Shown in pieces: positions 11,017 to 21,994 of a DNA stretch of 64,000 nucleotides. The notes below the pieces were generated by a model. It did not search any database. It saw nothing but the letters and a program-made list of their open reading frames with translations, and had not been told where the DNA came from. How positions within the stretch are numbered: position 1 is the first letter of the stretch; each line of letters starts with the position of its first letter. Origin of the DNA: Armatimonadota bacterium (lineage in GTDB: Bacteria > Vulcanimicrobiota > JACPDS01 > JBDRKI01); assembly GCA_043814095.1 (NCBI GenBank), contig JBDRKI010000037.1:28032-92031 (forward strand), in the 5' to 3' direction. The position numbers were made by a program, and so were the translations under genes.

Positions 11017-12336
11017 ATGTTTAATCAAAAAACTTGCAACGCGTACCGGTTTTTTTTCGTACTGTTTATTTTAGCGGCGTTTATACTGCCGTTTTTTTCA
11101 ACAGGCGTTTGTTTTGCTGATGAGCATGTTCTTACTGATAACCAGAAGGATATTATTAATTTCGCATCTGCCTGCGGCAAATATGCTCTTGAAAACGGGA
11201 ATTACCCCGAGGATTCTCAAATTCTTGTAAAAGAAGGATACTTAGACAAAATACCCGTTTTTCCGGAAGCGGGTAATAAAGAATATCTTTATAAATTACT
11301 TGGGGATGCCTATATTATGTTTTATCCCAATATTTATGCTCAATCCGATATGGAATACGTCGTATTCGTCTCGGGTTTTAGTAAAACTCTGGCAGATTAT
11401 TTTACTTATATGAAATTAAAAGGTTTGTTCAGTTCGTGCTGCGCGAATTTAAAAGTTCTAAGTTCCGGGTGTGAGATTTATTCTATTGATAATAACGGAA
11501 AATATCCTAAAGATTTAGAAGAGCTTGTTGAAACAGGATATTTTGATGAACTGCCTGAATGTCCTGCTTGCGGTGAGATGAGTTATATTTGTGTGCCGGA
11601 TAATGAAGGGAATTATATAATATATTGCTCCGGTAAACATCATAAGGAATTGATCGGGAATAAAGACGGTCCTGTGTTTAATTTACAGACAGGTTTAGAG
11701 ATTTATAATATTAAGAAATTTTCCGGGAGGAAATTTGATTTAACGGGGTGCAGGCGCAATTTAATGGAACTGGTAACTGTATGTCAGGAATATACCGTTA
11801 AAAAGGGGTTTTACCCCGATAGCTTTAATGAACTTATAAAAAGCGGATTTCTGAAAAAACTTCCAGTATGTCCCTTAAGCGGACAGAACACATATAAATT
11901 TATCTCTATGAATGAAAACGACTCAAGGGGATTTGCCGTTGGATGTACGTGTGAAGAACATAAAAAAGATCCGGATTTTACAAGTGTTATATCTATCATT
12001 CTATCCGAGACACCGGAAGATTTTATTTCTCAACAAAAAAAGGAAGCATTGATAAGCTGCAAAAATAATATTAAAAATATCGCTATAGCGATTGAAATGT
12101 ACGGGACTGATAATAATGGACATTACCCGCCCTGTCTTGAAAGTATAATACCTAGATATCTCCATAAACTCTCGGAATGTCCTGTCTGTGGAAAAATGAA
12201 CTATGTTTATAAACGAATAGGAGATAGCGATTTTATAATATACTGTTCGGGCGGATGTCATAAAGACACCGGAATTACCGGGCCGGCTTATTCCAGCATG
12301 AAGGGGCTTGTGGATAATATAGAAGATGCTAAGTGA
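11017..12336 (+). CDS. Secreted protein with four tandem GspG/pilin-like Cys-rich modules
   Basis: Signal peptide; repeats of C..NLK.....E.Y..DN.G.YP..L..L...Y...LP.CP. Confidence 0.75.
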   Translation: MFNQKTCNAYRFFFVLFILAAFILPFFSTGVCFADEHVLTDNQKDIINFASACGKYALENGNYPEDSQILVKEGYLDKIPVFPEAGNKEYLYKLLGDAYIMFYPNIYAQSDMEYVVFVSGFSKTLADYFTYMKLKGLFSSCCANLKVLSSGCEIYSIDNNGKYPKDLEELVETGYFDELPECPACGEMSYICVPDNEGNYIIYCSGKHHKELIGNKDGPVFNLQTGLEIYNIKKFSGRKFDLTGCRRNLMELVTVCQEYTVKKGFYPDSFNELIKSGFLKKLPVCPLSGQNTYKFISMNENDSRGFAVGCTCEEHKKDPDFTSVISIILSETPEDFISQQKKEALISCKNNIKNIAIAIEMYGTDNNGHYPPCLESIIPRYLHKLSECPVCGKMNYVYKRIGDSDFIIYCSGGCHKDTGITGPAYSSMKGLVDNIEDAK

Positions 12337-12360
12337 ATGAAAAAGCAATTAAGGTAATAA

Positions 12361-12393
12361 AAAGCAGGGATAGGAATACTGTCCCTGCTTTTT
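12361..12393. terminator. Bidirectional intrinsic terminator
   Basis: AAAGCAGGGA...TCCCTGCTTTTT between convergent genes. Confidence 0.75.
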
Positions 12394-12428
12394 ACATCAA
12401 TATTACTTATTTAAGTATTTAAACTTAA

Positions 12429-12623
12429 TTATTTGCCGAAAATTTCAGGATGATTTTTAAGCATATCACTTATTTCAATATTAGTTTTTATAAAAGCGTC
12501 TTTAATTTTTCTGGCAGCTTCTCCAATTCTGTTTAAAGTTGAAGAAATAGCTTTGCGTACATTAGGTTTTTTAACACTTTCCTGAATTATCTTTCCCATT
12601 GTAATTTTACTGAGTTCGCTCAT
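12429..12623 (-). CDS. Small orphan protein (64 aa)
   Basis: AGGGGG RBS, TATAAT -10 and GTTAAC boxes upstream; terminator downstream. Confidence 0.7.
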   Translation of the reverse strand: MSELSKITMGKIIQESVKKPNVRKAISSTLNRIGEAARKIKDAFIKTNIEISDMLKNHPEIFGK

Positions 12624-12689
12624 TTTATACCCCCTATAAAGTTCTTCTTTTACTTATATTATAAGCTATTTATATTGCAAAATTATTGC

Positions 12690-12718
12690 CAAAATGTTAA
12701 CAAATTGTTAACATTTTG
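12690..12718. promoter_or_regulatory. Tandem GTTAAC box (11-bp period, perfect 14-1-14 palindrome)
   Basis: CAAAATGTTAACAAATTGTTAACATTTTG; recurs at 39719, 39775, 40705, 59291. Confidence 0.7.
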
Positions 12719-12825
12719 AATATTCTTGTTATTTATGCTTAAAATCGTTAAAAAGTAAGAAATAGATTAAAGGATTTATCCGTAATTATTTGAAATGGTA
12801 ATCATTAAAATTTTAGGGGGCATTT

Positions 12826-14187
12826 ATGTCAGAAGAAAAGCTTACCTGGAAATTCTCGCGCGAGTTCTGGACGGCTAACGGGGTTGAACTCTTAGAAAGA
12901 GCCGCTTATTACGGCATGTTTATAGCTCTTACCCTTTACCTTACGAATCTTGTGGGGTTTACCGATATTGAAGCCGGCTGGATAGCCGGTCTTTTTGCGG
13001 CTATTCTGTATTTTATGCCCACTTTCAGCGGAGCATGGGCTGATTCTATGGGTTTCAGAAGGGCGCTTCTTCTGGCATTCGGGCTTCTTACAATAGGGTA
13101 CGGCATGCTGGGTTTTTTCGCGACTAAGCCCTCAACAATAATGGCGCTGGCTATAATAATGATGGGCGGATCTTTTATAAAATCAATTATTACCGGTACT
13201 GTCGCCAAATGTTCCGATCCTACAAACAGGGCTAGAGCATTCTCTATTTTTTACCAGATGGTAAATATCGGAGCTTTTACAGGAAAGATGCTGGCCAAAC
13301 CTTTAAGGGTTGAACTCGGCATCCAGTACATTAATATAGCGTCGGCTTGCTACTGCTTGCTGGCTCTCGGAATAGTGTTTTTCCTTTACCGCAATATCGA
13401 TACACATGGCATGGGAAAAAACATGAAGGAAAGCTGGGCGGGTTTTGTAAAAGTACTCGGCAATTTACGTTTCATGGCTATTATAATAATTGTGGGCGGG
13501 TTCTGGGCTATACAGCACCAGCTTTACGCCACAATGCCCAAATATATTCTAAGAACGGTAGGGGCGGGGGCGTCTCCCGAATGGTACGCTAATGTAAATC
13601 CCCTTGTTGTTGTGCTATTAGTTATACCGATTACCCAGCTTACGAGAAAATTTAAACCTATGGTATCAATAGGTATAGGCTTATTTATAATCCCGTTATC
13701 CGCGCTTACAATGAGTTTAAGCCCTATTCTGCAGAAAACATTCGGCAATTCAATGCCTCTTATAGGCAAGATATTTATTAACCCCATAACCCTTGTCTTT
13801 ATAATAGGAATAGCAATTCAGGCGCTTGCGGAATGCTTTCTTTCTCCCAGGTTTCTTGAGTATGCTTCCCACCAGGCGCCTCCCGGAGAGACCGGATTAT
13901 ATATGGGATACGCGCACATAAACAGCTTCTTCGGGAACCTTCTTGGATTCGGTATTTCGGGCTATCTTCTTAACGCCTGGTGCCCGGACCCCAAGACTCT
14001 TTCTCCCCAGGTACAATCCGCATGGCAGAACGCACTGGCAGGGCAGGGGGCTATGCCGGCGGCTTATTCGCACGCCTATTATATATGGTATGTGTTTGCC
14101 GGGATAGGATTTGCGACTTTTGCGGTATTCCTGCTGTATTCGTTTATCACTAATATGCTTGATAAAAAAAGGGGTGTAGTTAGTTAA
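12826..14187 (+). CDS. MFS transporter, POT/PTR-like
   Basis: ELLERAAYYG, FSIFYQMVNIG, ~12 TM segments. Confidence 0.85.
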   Translation: MSEEKLTWKFSREFWTANGVELLERAAYYGMFIALTLYLTNLVGFTDIEAGWIAGLFAAILYFMPTFSGAWADSMGFRRALLLAFGLLTIGYGMLGFFATKPSTIMALAIIMMGGSFIKSIITGTVAKCSDPTNRARAFSIFYQMVNIGAFTGKMLAKPLRVELGIQYINIASACYCLLALGIVFFLYRNIDTHGMGKNMKESWAGFVKVLGNLRFMAIIIIVGGFWAIQHQLYATMPKYILRTVGAGASPEWYANVNPLVVVLLVIPITQLTRKFKPMVSIGIGLFIIPLSALTMSLSPILQKTFGNSMPLIGKIFINPITLVFIIGIAIQALAECFLSPRFLEYASHQAPPGETGLYMGYAHINSFFGNLLGFGISGYLLNAWCPDPKTLSPQVQSAWQNALAGQGAMPAAYSHAYYIWYVFAGIGFATFAVFLLYSFITNMLDKKRGVVS

Positions 14188-14210
14188 AAAATAATAACAG
14201 AATCAGACAG

Positions 14211-14257
14211 AAACCATAATGCCGCCGGATAAAGTTTTGGCGGCATTATGGTTTTTT
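14211..14257. terminator. Intrinsic terminator
   Basis: AAACCATAATGCCGCC...GGCGGCATTATGGTTTTTT. Confidence 0.8.
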
Positions 14258-14304
14258 GTTTTTTAATAATAACTTTTCAAATTGAAATTATTCTGTAAAG
14301 GGGT

Positions 14305-15045
14305 CTATTTAACTAACTTTTCCATATGAATTAAAACTTCCATAAGTTCTTCTTTTGACGGCAGGTAATTATTTTTCTCAAGTAAAACAAAAGAGCCGGC
14401 TTCTTTCCATAGATTGAACGAATTAGAAGATAAATTCAGAAAACAGTTAAGTATAGTATTTATATTTGTTGCACCGCCGGATATTTTAAAAAGGCCGAAG
14501 CTGTTATTCTGCCTGACTTCTTCATCGGCAGATGTTGAAGACAGTTCCTTCAGTAATTCGGGCTGTGATTTAACCATGGCAATTTTTATAAAATCTTTTT
14601 TAAAGAAGTCGTTTATAAGTTCACAGCGCCAGGTGTTTAAAAACTGTTTTGTTTTAACTTCGTCATCGCTTTGTATAATGTATTCGCGATCAAACCCGGG
14701 CAATCCTATTTCTATATCTTTATATCCGAATGCTTTTTTAAATATGTTCTGGAGAGCTGTTTCTGAGGATATTACAAGGCTGATCGGGATATCCCGGTAA
14801 AAGTATATATGGAATTTTGAAGGAGAGTGTTTGTCTCCGGGAATTAGTTCCAAGTTTACTTTTTTCCCGTTCCAGTATCCCGTTAAAGAAAATGTTCTGA
14901 ATATCAGGTCGCTTTTTAATTCTCCGGGTATTATTTTCATAAAGCTTTCAAATTTTTTCTTTTTTGACATCCTGTCAAAATAAATTGCACAGATAATTAA
15001 AATAAAGACAGCGGCAAAGATTACTGAAAAAATATGATCTTCCAT
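14305..15045 (-). CDS. Hypothetical membrane-anchored protein
   Basis: N-terminal TM helix; DIEIG..FDREYII motif; abuts upstream gene. Confidence 0.75.
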   Translation of the reverse strand: MEDHIFSVIFAAVFILIICAIYFDRMSKKKKFESFMKIIPGELKSDLIFRTFSLTGYWNGKKVNLELIPGDKHSPSKFHIYFYRDIPISLVISSETALQNIFKKAFGYKDIEIGLPGFDREYIIQSDDEVKTKQFLNTWRCELINDFFKKDFIKIAMVKSQPELLKELSSTSADEEVRQNNSFGLFKISGGATNINTILNCFLNLSSNSFNLWKEAGSFVLLEKNNYLPSKEELMEVLIHMEKLVK

Positions 15046-15777
15046 TTAATTTTCTCCCGTTATTAATTTTCTTATTCTGTACAGTATGCCGAAGCAGTAA
15101 AGCTGGTCTCCCGCGAGGATTTGCGTGTCATCACATGGCGCAGGAATGGTTTCGTGGTTTCTTTCAATTGCAAGAACTATAAGTTTCTCGTTTGTTTGTT
15201 TTAGGTCGCTTATTTTTTTATTCATTATGGGGCTGTTCTCATCTATAGAAACTCTGGTTACGCCGTATCCGCCCGTTGATACAGCAAGTTCTTCAAAAGT
15301 AACCGGCTCAATCATGCTTTTTTTAATCATGTGTTTGCGTATTATATCCGTAATTTTGGCTGAGAATTTTGACTTTACAAAGAAAGTATAGCTTATATAT
15401 AAAAAAATAACTATCAGGAAAACATTTATAAGGGGAACCAATTTTACAGGTATCCCGAAATCCATAAGAGGTATTGTATACTTATCTACAACATCGTCCG
15501 ATCTTAAAGCGTTTGCGAACGTGGCAACAAGCGCTATTATTCCGGCATGGCCCAGTATCATAAGGATTGACGCTATTTTCCTTCTCTGCAGGTTTCCTGT
15601 TATAAGTTCGGCTTCTTTTGTGGTGAAGCCGGTGCCCGTAAAGCAGGATAAAGCCTGGAACCTCGCGATTGAACCGTTAAGCCCGGTAAGTTCAAAAGCA
15701 ACGGCTCCTATCCTGTTTACAATGAACGAGCATACGATGGTAAGTATAAACAGAGTTAAATTTAATATTACGTTCAT
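15046..15777 (-). CDS. TrkA-C (RCK_C) domain membrane protein
   Basis: ARFQALSCFTGTGFTTKEAE family motif; C-terminal VLAIER...P.....I.AGD. Confidence 0.85.
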   Translation of the reverse strand: MNVILNLTLFILTIVCSFIVNRIGAVAFELTGLNGSIARFQALSCFTGTGFTTKEAELITGNLQRRKIASILMILGHAGIIALVATFANALRSDDVVDKYTIPLMDFGIPVKLVPLINVFLIVIFLYISYTFFVKSKFSAKITDIIRKHMIKKSMIEPVTFEELAVSTGGYGVTRVSIDENSPIMNKKISDLKQTNEKLIVLAIERNHETIPAPCDDTQILAGDQLYCFGILYRIRKLITGEN

Positions 15778-15952
15778 AACGCCTCCTGGTATATTTCAGC
15801 TTTATTTTTCATGTATTGATCATGATTAAAAAATTCGGTTTAACCGGATTTTCCCCTTTTGTTTTGCAACAGCTTTGAATTATATGAAAAAGGGTATTTT
15901 AAGCCAAAGTATAATTAATTTTCTGAAATAAGATTATTGTAAGGGGGATAGA

Positions 15953-16396
15953 GTGATTAACTTAATTAAAAACAGTTTTTCAAATTATAATTCATATCTT
16001 AAAGAATCAGGCGCTAAAAAAGAAGAAAATAAAGAAGTATCCACGCATTATACTTTGGATTACGGTATTGACGCTTCTTTGAAAATAAATTATAAACCCT
16101 CAGGCGTTAGAATTATAAATTTTTCCATGAACTGCCGTACAAACATAAATACACCCGAATCAGACTGGGATTATGAATACAAGTTCCGTGAATACCCGGA
16201 CGGCAAACTTGAGTTTGTAGATGCCAACCTTTATACATACTATCCCAGTTATCATGAGGAAAACAGCATAACGGGCAGCGGGTTTAAGAATATACTGCTG
16301 AATAATATTCAAAAGATAAATGCAGAAAAAGAAAAAGATTATGAAACAAGAAAAAAAATAAAAGTTATATATGACGGTACTTACCTGCTGGATTGA
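15953..16396 (+). CDS. Orphan protein (MINL... N-terminus)
   Basis: AAGGGGGA RBS before GTG; 147-aa ORF. Confidence 0.7.
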   Translation: MINLIKNSFSNYNSYLKESGAKKEENKEVSTHYTLDYGIDASLKINYKPSGVRIINFSMNCRTNINTPESDWDYEYKFREYPDGKLEFVDANLYTYYPSYHEENSITGSGFKNILLNNIQKINAEKEKDYETRKKIKVIYDGTYLLD

Positions 16397-16428
16397 AATT
16401 CAAAAAAGAATAAAAGGGAGAAGCGTGT

Positions 16429-17671
16429 ATGCCGTATTTTTTAAAGATAAAGAATGTCATGATCTGTATCCTTGTGTTTTTTATATTTCTTGTGTTTTCT
16501 CCTTTATTCGCGTCAGAAGAAGATATACAGAAAGCGAAAGCAATAAGCGAAATTTTTTCCAAAGCCAGGTTAACCGGGCTTATCCGTTCTTAATTATATG
16601 AACAGAACTTTCGGCGACGGCACGATACAGCAGAGCACGGCGATAGGGGCGTGGCTTAACTACCGCAGTGCCCAGTGGAATAAACTCTCGTTTACTTTAA
16701 CAGGATATACTTCACAGCCGTTTTTCAATAATCTGCCTCAGTACGGAGGCGCTAACCTTCTTACCAGGGACCAGAAGGGTTTTGCGGTGCTGGGGCGGGC
16801 TTTCGCGGAGGTTGAGCTGGGCAAAAGCAAACTGCGTCTTTACCGCCAGTCTATGGAGACCCCGTTTATAAATCTTAATGATGTAAGAATGGTGCCTGTA
16901 ACGCTTGAAGCTTATACATGTGAAGGCGCTGCTTCGGACAAACTTAATTTTATGGTTTCGCACGTTACAAAGATAAAAGGTTGGTCAATGAACGGATTCC
17001 AATCTATGTCGGCGTATGCGGGCTATCCCGGAACAGATAAGCCGGTTACGCTAGCCGGAGTCAGATTTATACCGGATGATAAATATAAATTTCAGTTATG
17101 GAATTATGTTTGTTACGACTACATGAACATAGTTTATTTTCAGGGTGACGCAAAATGGCCTGTTGAGAAAGATACATTTTTGACGCTTTCAGCCCAATAT
17201 ATCGACCAGCATGATATAGGGCAGAATCCTCTTGCGGGAAAATTTTCAACGGGCGCATCAGGCGTGCTTGCGGGTGTTCTATGCAACGGGTTAGGCGTTA
17301 CTTTAGGCCATACATCCACACAGGAAGGCCATGATATAGTAAACCCCTGGGGTTCATATCAGGGATACGCTTCGCTTATTGAAGAAGACTGCGATCTTGC
17401 GGGTGAGAAAGCCTGGGTTGCGGGGATATCTTATGATTTCAGGCATATAGGATTAAAAAATGTAAGCGCGTTTATGAATCATTCCCACGCTTTTCTTTCG
17501 CGTAGCGGTTCAGTGCTTGATCCCAGGCAGAATGAAAATAACTTTACGATAGATTACAGGCCTGATGGGGATCTCTGGTTAAGGTTCCGTGCGGCAAAAG
17601 TTGACAGCGCGCTGGATATGAATGATCTTAACATATCCGACTGCCGTATTATTTTAAATTACAGTTTTTAA
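16429..17671 (+). pseudogene. OprD-family outer membrane porin with one frameshift at ~16590 (or sequencing error)
   Basis: ATG 16429 (AGGGAG RBS) encodes a signal peptide and stops at TAA 16591; the +1 frame continues as a beta-barrel (RQSMETPFIN..D.RM.P) ending in YSF. Confidence 0.7.
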
Positions 17672-17703
17672 TTTTTATTGGCAGTTTCTATTTCAGTTTT
17701 TGA

Positions 17704-17748
17704 AAATTAAAACGCCCGCTTTCTTTTTGAGAGCGGACGTTTTAATTT
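17704..17748. terminator. Bidirectional intrinsic terminator
   Basis: AAATTAAAACG-CCGCT...AGCGG-CGTTTTAATTT between convergent genes. Confidence 0.7.
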
Positions 17749-17782
17749 AAATCATAACCTTTTTAACAGTGTTTTCTGAAAA

Positions 17783-19201
17783 TTAATTTTGAGTTTTATT
17801 CTGCCAGCCGGGCTTTCTTAACTGGTAAATAATTATCGGCGATAAAGTGAATAACAGAATTCCTATTATAAGGAACCAGACGTAAAAAGCGGGGCTTCCT
17901 ACTGTAAGCTGTGCCGGAGGAAAGAATCCCACAACTATCGCGAACAGCGCTCCGAGTATGCCTACAGCCGATATAACCCACATACCGAAATTTCCGCCCG
18001 GCACTTTATACGCGCGGGGCACATCCGGTTTCGTATATCTCAGAGTAATGGCTGCGGCAAAGAGCATTAAGTACATTATAAGATAAAGTATCGCGGTTAA
18101 AGCGGTTAAAAGAAAGAACGCACTGCTTACGGTGGGCATTAATAAATATACAAGAGACAGTACGGTTACTATTAATGCCTGCAGGATAAGGATATGCACA
18201 GGCACTCCCTGATTGTTGGTGTATTGAAGAAACGGCGGGAGATCTCCGTCCTGCGCGGTGGAAAGAAGGCCTTTACTGGGGCCGACGATCCATGCCGTTA
18301 CGCTGCCCAAAGCTCCGAAAGCCACAAGGAAGCACATTATGGGAACGAGCCACCCCATGTGAAACTGGTTCAGCATATCTTTAAAAGCCTGCATTATTCC
18401 GGCAGTTAAGCTTATCTTGCCTGCGGGGAGTACAGCCGCGATAGCAAGAGAGCTGAATGTAAATATTGTGAGAATTATTATAACTGCCAGGAAGATGGCT
18501 TTCGGGAAATCTTTATTCGGATTTTTAACTTCGCGCGCGTGAACCGCCGAGACTTCCATGCCTGCGAACAGAAGCACTATCCCCGCAAGAAATGAAATAT
18601 TCGTAAAATTGGAAAGGTTGGGAATTATGCTTTGATGGGTTCCGGTAAAAGCGATGGGTTTTCCTGTCAGCCACCATATTAATCCCAGAATAATAATTAC
18701 CGCTCCCGGGAATATGGTGCCTCCCATTACGCATACGGTTGTTACCCAACCGGAAGTTTTTATTCCCCTGAAATTTAAAAGTGTCGCCCCCCAAAAGGCT
18801 AAAAGTATTATAGCTATATTATAAATCTTATTGGTTGCCAGAGCGGGGTCTAAAAACATATAAGATAAAGCAGCCGCCACAAATGCCAGGACGGTAGGGT
18901 ACCATATAACATTCTGTATCCACTGCAGCCATATTGCCAGAAAACCCATCCGGCCTCCGAAAGCTTCCTTTACCCACCTGAATACGCCGCCGCCGTCCGA
19001 CCAGCCAGTGGCAAGTTCAGCCGATACAAGCGCTACCGGTATTAGAAAGATAAATGCGGCAAATAACAGGTAGAAAATCATAGAGAGACCTTCTTTTGCC
19101 ATCATTGGCAGGCCCCTCAAGTTCATGACAATGGCTACATTCATCATTGCCAGAACAAATACACCCAGATAATGAGGTTTTGGATTGTTGTTTTCAGCCA
19201 C
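17783..19201 (-). CDS. APC-family amino acid permease (GadC-like antiporter)
   Basis: LVSAELATGW..GG.F.WV..AFG, FAGMEVSA, 12 TM. Confidence 0.88.
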   Translation of the reverse strand: MAENNNPKPHYLGVFVLAMMNVAIVMNLRGLPMMAKEGLSMIFYLLFAAFIFLIPVALVSAELATGWSDGGGVFRWVKEAFGGRMGFLAIWLQWIQNVIWYPTVLAFVAAALSYMFLDPALATNKIYNIAIILLAFWGATLLNFRGIKTSGWVTTVCVMGGTIFPGAVIIILGLIWWLTGKPIAFTGTHQSIIPNLSNFTNISFLAGIVLLFAGMEVSAVHAREVKNPNKDFPKAIFLAVIIILTIFTFSSLAIAAVLPAGKISLTAGIMQAFKDMLNQFHMGWLVPIMCFLVAFGALGSVTAWIVGPSKGLLSTAQDGDLPPFLQYTNNQGVPVHILILQALIVTVLSLVYLLMPTVSSAFFLLTALTAILYLIMYLMLFAAAITLRYTKPDVPRAYKVPGGNFGMWVISAVGILGALFAIVVGFFPPAQLTVGSPAFYVWFLIIGILLFTLSPIIIYQLRKPGWQNKTQN

Positions 19202-19274
19202 CGTTCCCTCCTTTTTCTTTTCAAGAAAAATATTATTTTACAATGTTTTTCTACAATAAACGAATAATACCTTT

Positions 19275-19301
19275 AAAAATACTCCAAAAGACCTATATTA
19301 T
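19275..19301 (+). promoter_or_regulatory. 27-bp upstream element shared with 2966..2992
   Basis: AAAAATACTCC-aaaa-GACCTATATTAT, 17 nt before TATAAT (19319-19324). Confidence 0.55.
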
Positions 19302-19359
19302 TAGCTTGATTTTTGTTTTATAATATAATTGAAGGAAATAAACATAGGGAGGTATTTAT

Positions 19360-19959
19360 ATGTCAGATTTTTCAATAAGAGCTCCGCAAAATCAAATCTC
19401 AAGTACTATTTTTAATCCCGCGAAAGAGAATGATCTTTCCAGTTTTAATAAGTTTGATTTTCTTCCCGGCAGGTATTTAATGCTTTCTAATACAAACGGG
19501 AGCTGCCTTGTTTACAGCGATCATAAATTTATGGCCCAGTTAAAAGGCAAAAGAATAAGCAACATGACGGACGAGCAGTTTAATCATTTTGTAAAACAGG
19601 TAAGCGCGAAAGTCGGCAAGATGCCCGCAGACCATCCCGATAAAAAAGCCGCATTATCAATGTTGAAAAAAATGAAGGGCGATATAAAGCTTTTCGAAAA
19701 CAATTATCCTATAGCAACTAATACCCAGATGTCTTTTAGAATTCCCGGCACAAAACTCAGTGTTGATTATGACAGGATTAAACATAAAATAAAGTTTTTT
19801 GAAAACGGAAAAGAAATTGCCTCTCCTAAAAACGCGAAAGATATTCTGAAAAAATACATAATGGATATGAAAGATAAGCTGCGTCCGGGTGACGGAAAAG
19901 ACAAGACAGTGTTTAATATGCTTAAAGAAATGTTAGGGGATTATTTAAAGAGCAGATAA
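19360..19959 (+). CDS. Orphan protein
   Basis: GGGAGGT RBS, own terminator, 199 aa. Confidence 0.8.
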   Translation: MSDFSIRAPQNQISSTIFNPAKENDLSSFNKFDFLPGRYLMLSNTNGSCLVYSDHKFMAQLKGKRISNMTDEQFNHFVKQVSAKVGKMPADHPDKKAALSMLKKMKGDIKLFENNYPIATNTQMSFRIPGTKLSVDYDRIKHKIKFFENGKEIASPKNAKDILKKYIMDMKDKLRPGDGKDKTVFNMLKEMLGDYLKSR

Positions 19960-19976
19960 GGTATTAAATAATTTAT

Positions 19977-20012
19977 AAAACAGGCTGTCATAAAAAATCA
20001 GACAGCCTGTTT
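19977..20012. terminator. Bidirectional intrinsic terminator
   Basis: AAAACAGGCTGTC...GACAGCCTGTTTT. Confidence 0.78.
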
Positions 20013-20034
20013 TGTTATATCCACTCTTAATTTT

Positions 20035-21252
20035 TCAAGACTGTTTCAGTATGAAAGTTATTATCACGGAAACGATAAAAAGCAGTATTACCGGTCCCCA
20101 TAGATATTTATATACCCTTGATATCTTTGTATGAAAGTATTCTGATGTAAGGACAAGACAGAGGTGGACAGGGGATAGGAATACTCCAAGAATCCCGCAC
20201 AGAAAGGCAAAGCCGAATAAAGGAAGGTTCCCTGCGACAGGCAGCATAGCCATAAGTACGGGAAAAGTTATGCCTACAAAGGCCTGGGTTACGCCGGTGA
20301 GTATCCCCGCAAGAAGAGGTATTATTAAGAATAATATGTTTGTATGGATGCCTATCCCGGATAAATACTGTGATGTTCCGGCGGCAAGCCCCGATGTTTG
20401 CAGTAGGTCTTTAAAAATAAATATGCTTGCGACGCTTAACAGCACTTTATAAGAGATGCTTTTTTTAAGCATTACGGGAATATTTTTAGCCGGAATTTTA
20501 TATGACAGTATCATTACAAGAAGTATCAGCAGCAGGGATAAAGCCATATCTGTTTTAAAAACTATAACCATGAAAAGAAGCGCCGCTATAGGGAGTATCC
20601 CGAAAAAAAGTTCTTTCACCGTTTCTTTCTCTATTTTAAATATATGCCTCTGTCTTTTTCCGAGTTTTAAAGGCAGAAGCCCGAATATAATGCCACCTAT
20701 TACGGCAGTGGGGGTATAAAGCCATACAAGTTTTAAGAAAACATCATAAGAAACATTTAAAAGCGCGAATGTGACTATGACACCGGGGTATATAGGCAGG
20801 AAATACTCCCATATATGCCTGAACCAGTAGTTTATAAAAGTCTTCTGTTCCGCATTTATATTAAGCTCTTTAGAAGCTTTCTCCACAAAGGGCGCGGAGA
20901 ACATAGCCCCGCCCGGGGATGCCAGAAACCCCAGAAAAGCGGGCATTATTATTAATCGTATCCTTCTTGAAGGAATGAACCGCTCCAGGGCTTTTATCAT
21001 TTTTTCAAGCTGGCCGCTCTCGTTTAATATTTTTTCAAGGAAAGAAATCATTATAAGGAAGAGGAGAAGAAGTATAGTTGTTCTTTCAGTAACTGAATAA
21101 AATACCGTTTTTATAAATTCAAGAGGAGATATAAAGCATAGCAAACCCAGAAGCACGGAATTTATGAGCATAACCATGCCTAAATTAAAGCCTCTCCTTA
21201 TAAGGAGAATTATGGAAGCCAGTATAATAATAAATTTTACAAGATCAATCAT
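20035..21252 (-). CDS. DUF401 family membrane protein
   Basis: PGGAMFSAP, INYWFRHIWE, LSPVHLCL. Confidence 0.88.
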   Translation of the reverse strand: MIDLVKFIIILASIILLIRRGFNLGMVMLINSVLLGLLCFISPLEFIKTVFYSVTERTTILLLLFLIMISFLEKILNESGQLEKMIKALERFIPSRRIRLIIMPAFLGFLASPGGAMFSAPFVEKASKELNINAEQKTFINYWFRHIWEYFLPIYPGVIVTFALLNVSYDVFLKLVWLYTPTAVIGGIIFGLLPLKLGKRQRHIFKIEKETVKELFFGILPIAALLFMVIVFKTDMALSLLLILLVMILSYKIPAKNIPVMLKKSISYKVLLSVASIFIFKDLLQTSGLAAGTSQYLSGIGIHTNILFLIIPLLAGILTGVTQAFVGITFPVLMAMLPVAGNLPLFGFAFLCGILGVFLSPVHLCLVLTSEYFHTKISRVYKYLWGPVILLFIVSVIITFILKQS

Positions 21253-21806
21253 GATTTATACTTATTCCGGAAAAGAATTTCTTCCAATTCTTTCTTTTTA
21301 GCTCTTACCGGGAGCTCTTCTTCGTTGTAATAACCCGCGGCTATAAGGGAAAGGACTTTTATCTTTGAGGGTATATTCAATATTTTTTTCAAGGGCTTTT
21401 CCTTAAACCATCCTATCCAGCATGTTCCGATTCCTAACTCCTGCGCCCTTAAGACAAGATGTTCTCCGGCTATGCCTGTATCTATCTGGTGGTAATTTAT
21501 CCCTTTATATGCTTCGGCAAGTGTATTGGTTACAAAATTTTTATCAGAGCATAAGACTATTATAAGGGGGGCGGATCCGGCAAACTGGTTTGCTACAATC
21601 CCGCCAAGCGCTTTTTCCGCAATCTCACTTATTATATTATCATCCGTAACAGCGATAAATCTCCAGGGCTGGATATTGCATGCCGAAGGAGCTAATCGTG
21701 CCGCCTCAACCATCTGCTTTATTTTCCATTCTTCTATTTTTTGAGGCAGGAATTTTCTTACACTGCGCCTTTTTTGAATTATCTCCATAAGTGGTGATTT
21801 TTGCAT
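21249..21806 (-). CDS. Nitroreductase family protein
   Basis: RRSVRKF, APSACNIQPW, GIGTCWIG. Confidence 0.92.
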   Translation of the reverse strand: MQKSPLMEIIQKRRSVRKFLPQKIEEWKIKQMVEAARLAPSACNIQPWRFIAVTDDNIISEIAEKALGGIVANQFAGSAPLIIVLCSDKNFVTNTLAEAYKGINYHQIDTGIAGEHLVLRAQELGIGTCWIGWFKEKPLKKILNIPSKIKVLSLIAAGYYNEEELPVRAKKKELEEILFRNKYKS

Positions 21807-21994
21807 ATATTTCTCCTGAATTTAACCTAATATAACGAATTTTTCTGTTTTTAACTGTTATATCCTTTTTTAAATTTTATAATATAGTAAAAAAAAACTT
21901 ATATTTTTTTTAAAAAAAGGAAATTTATCAATAATAAGGAATTGAAAAATTAATACAATGTAATATTTAAGCCGTTTCCGGGGGAATAATATCT

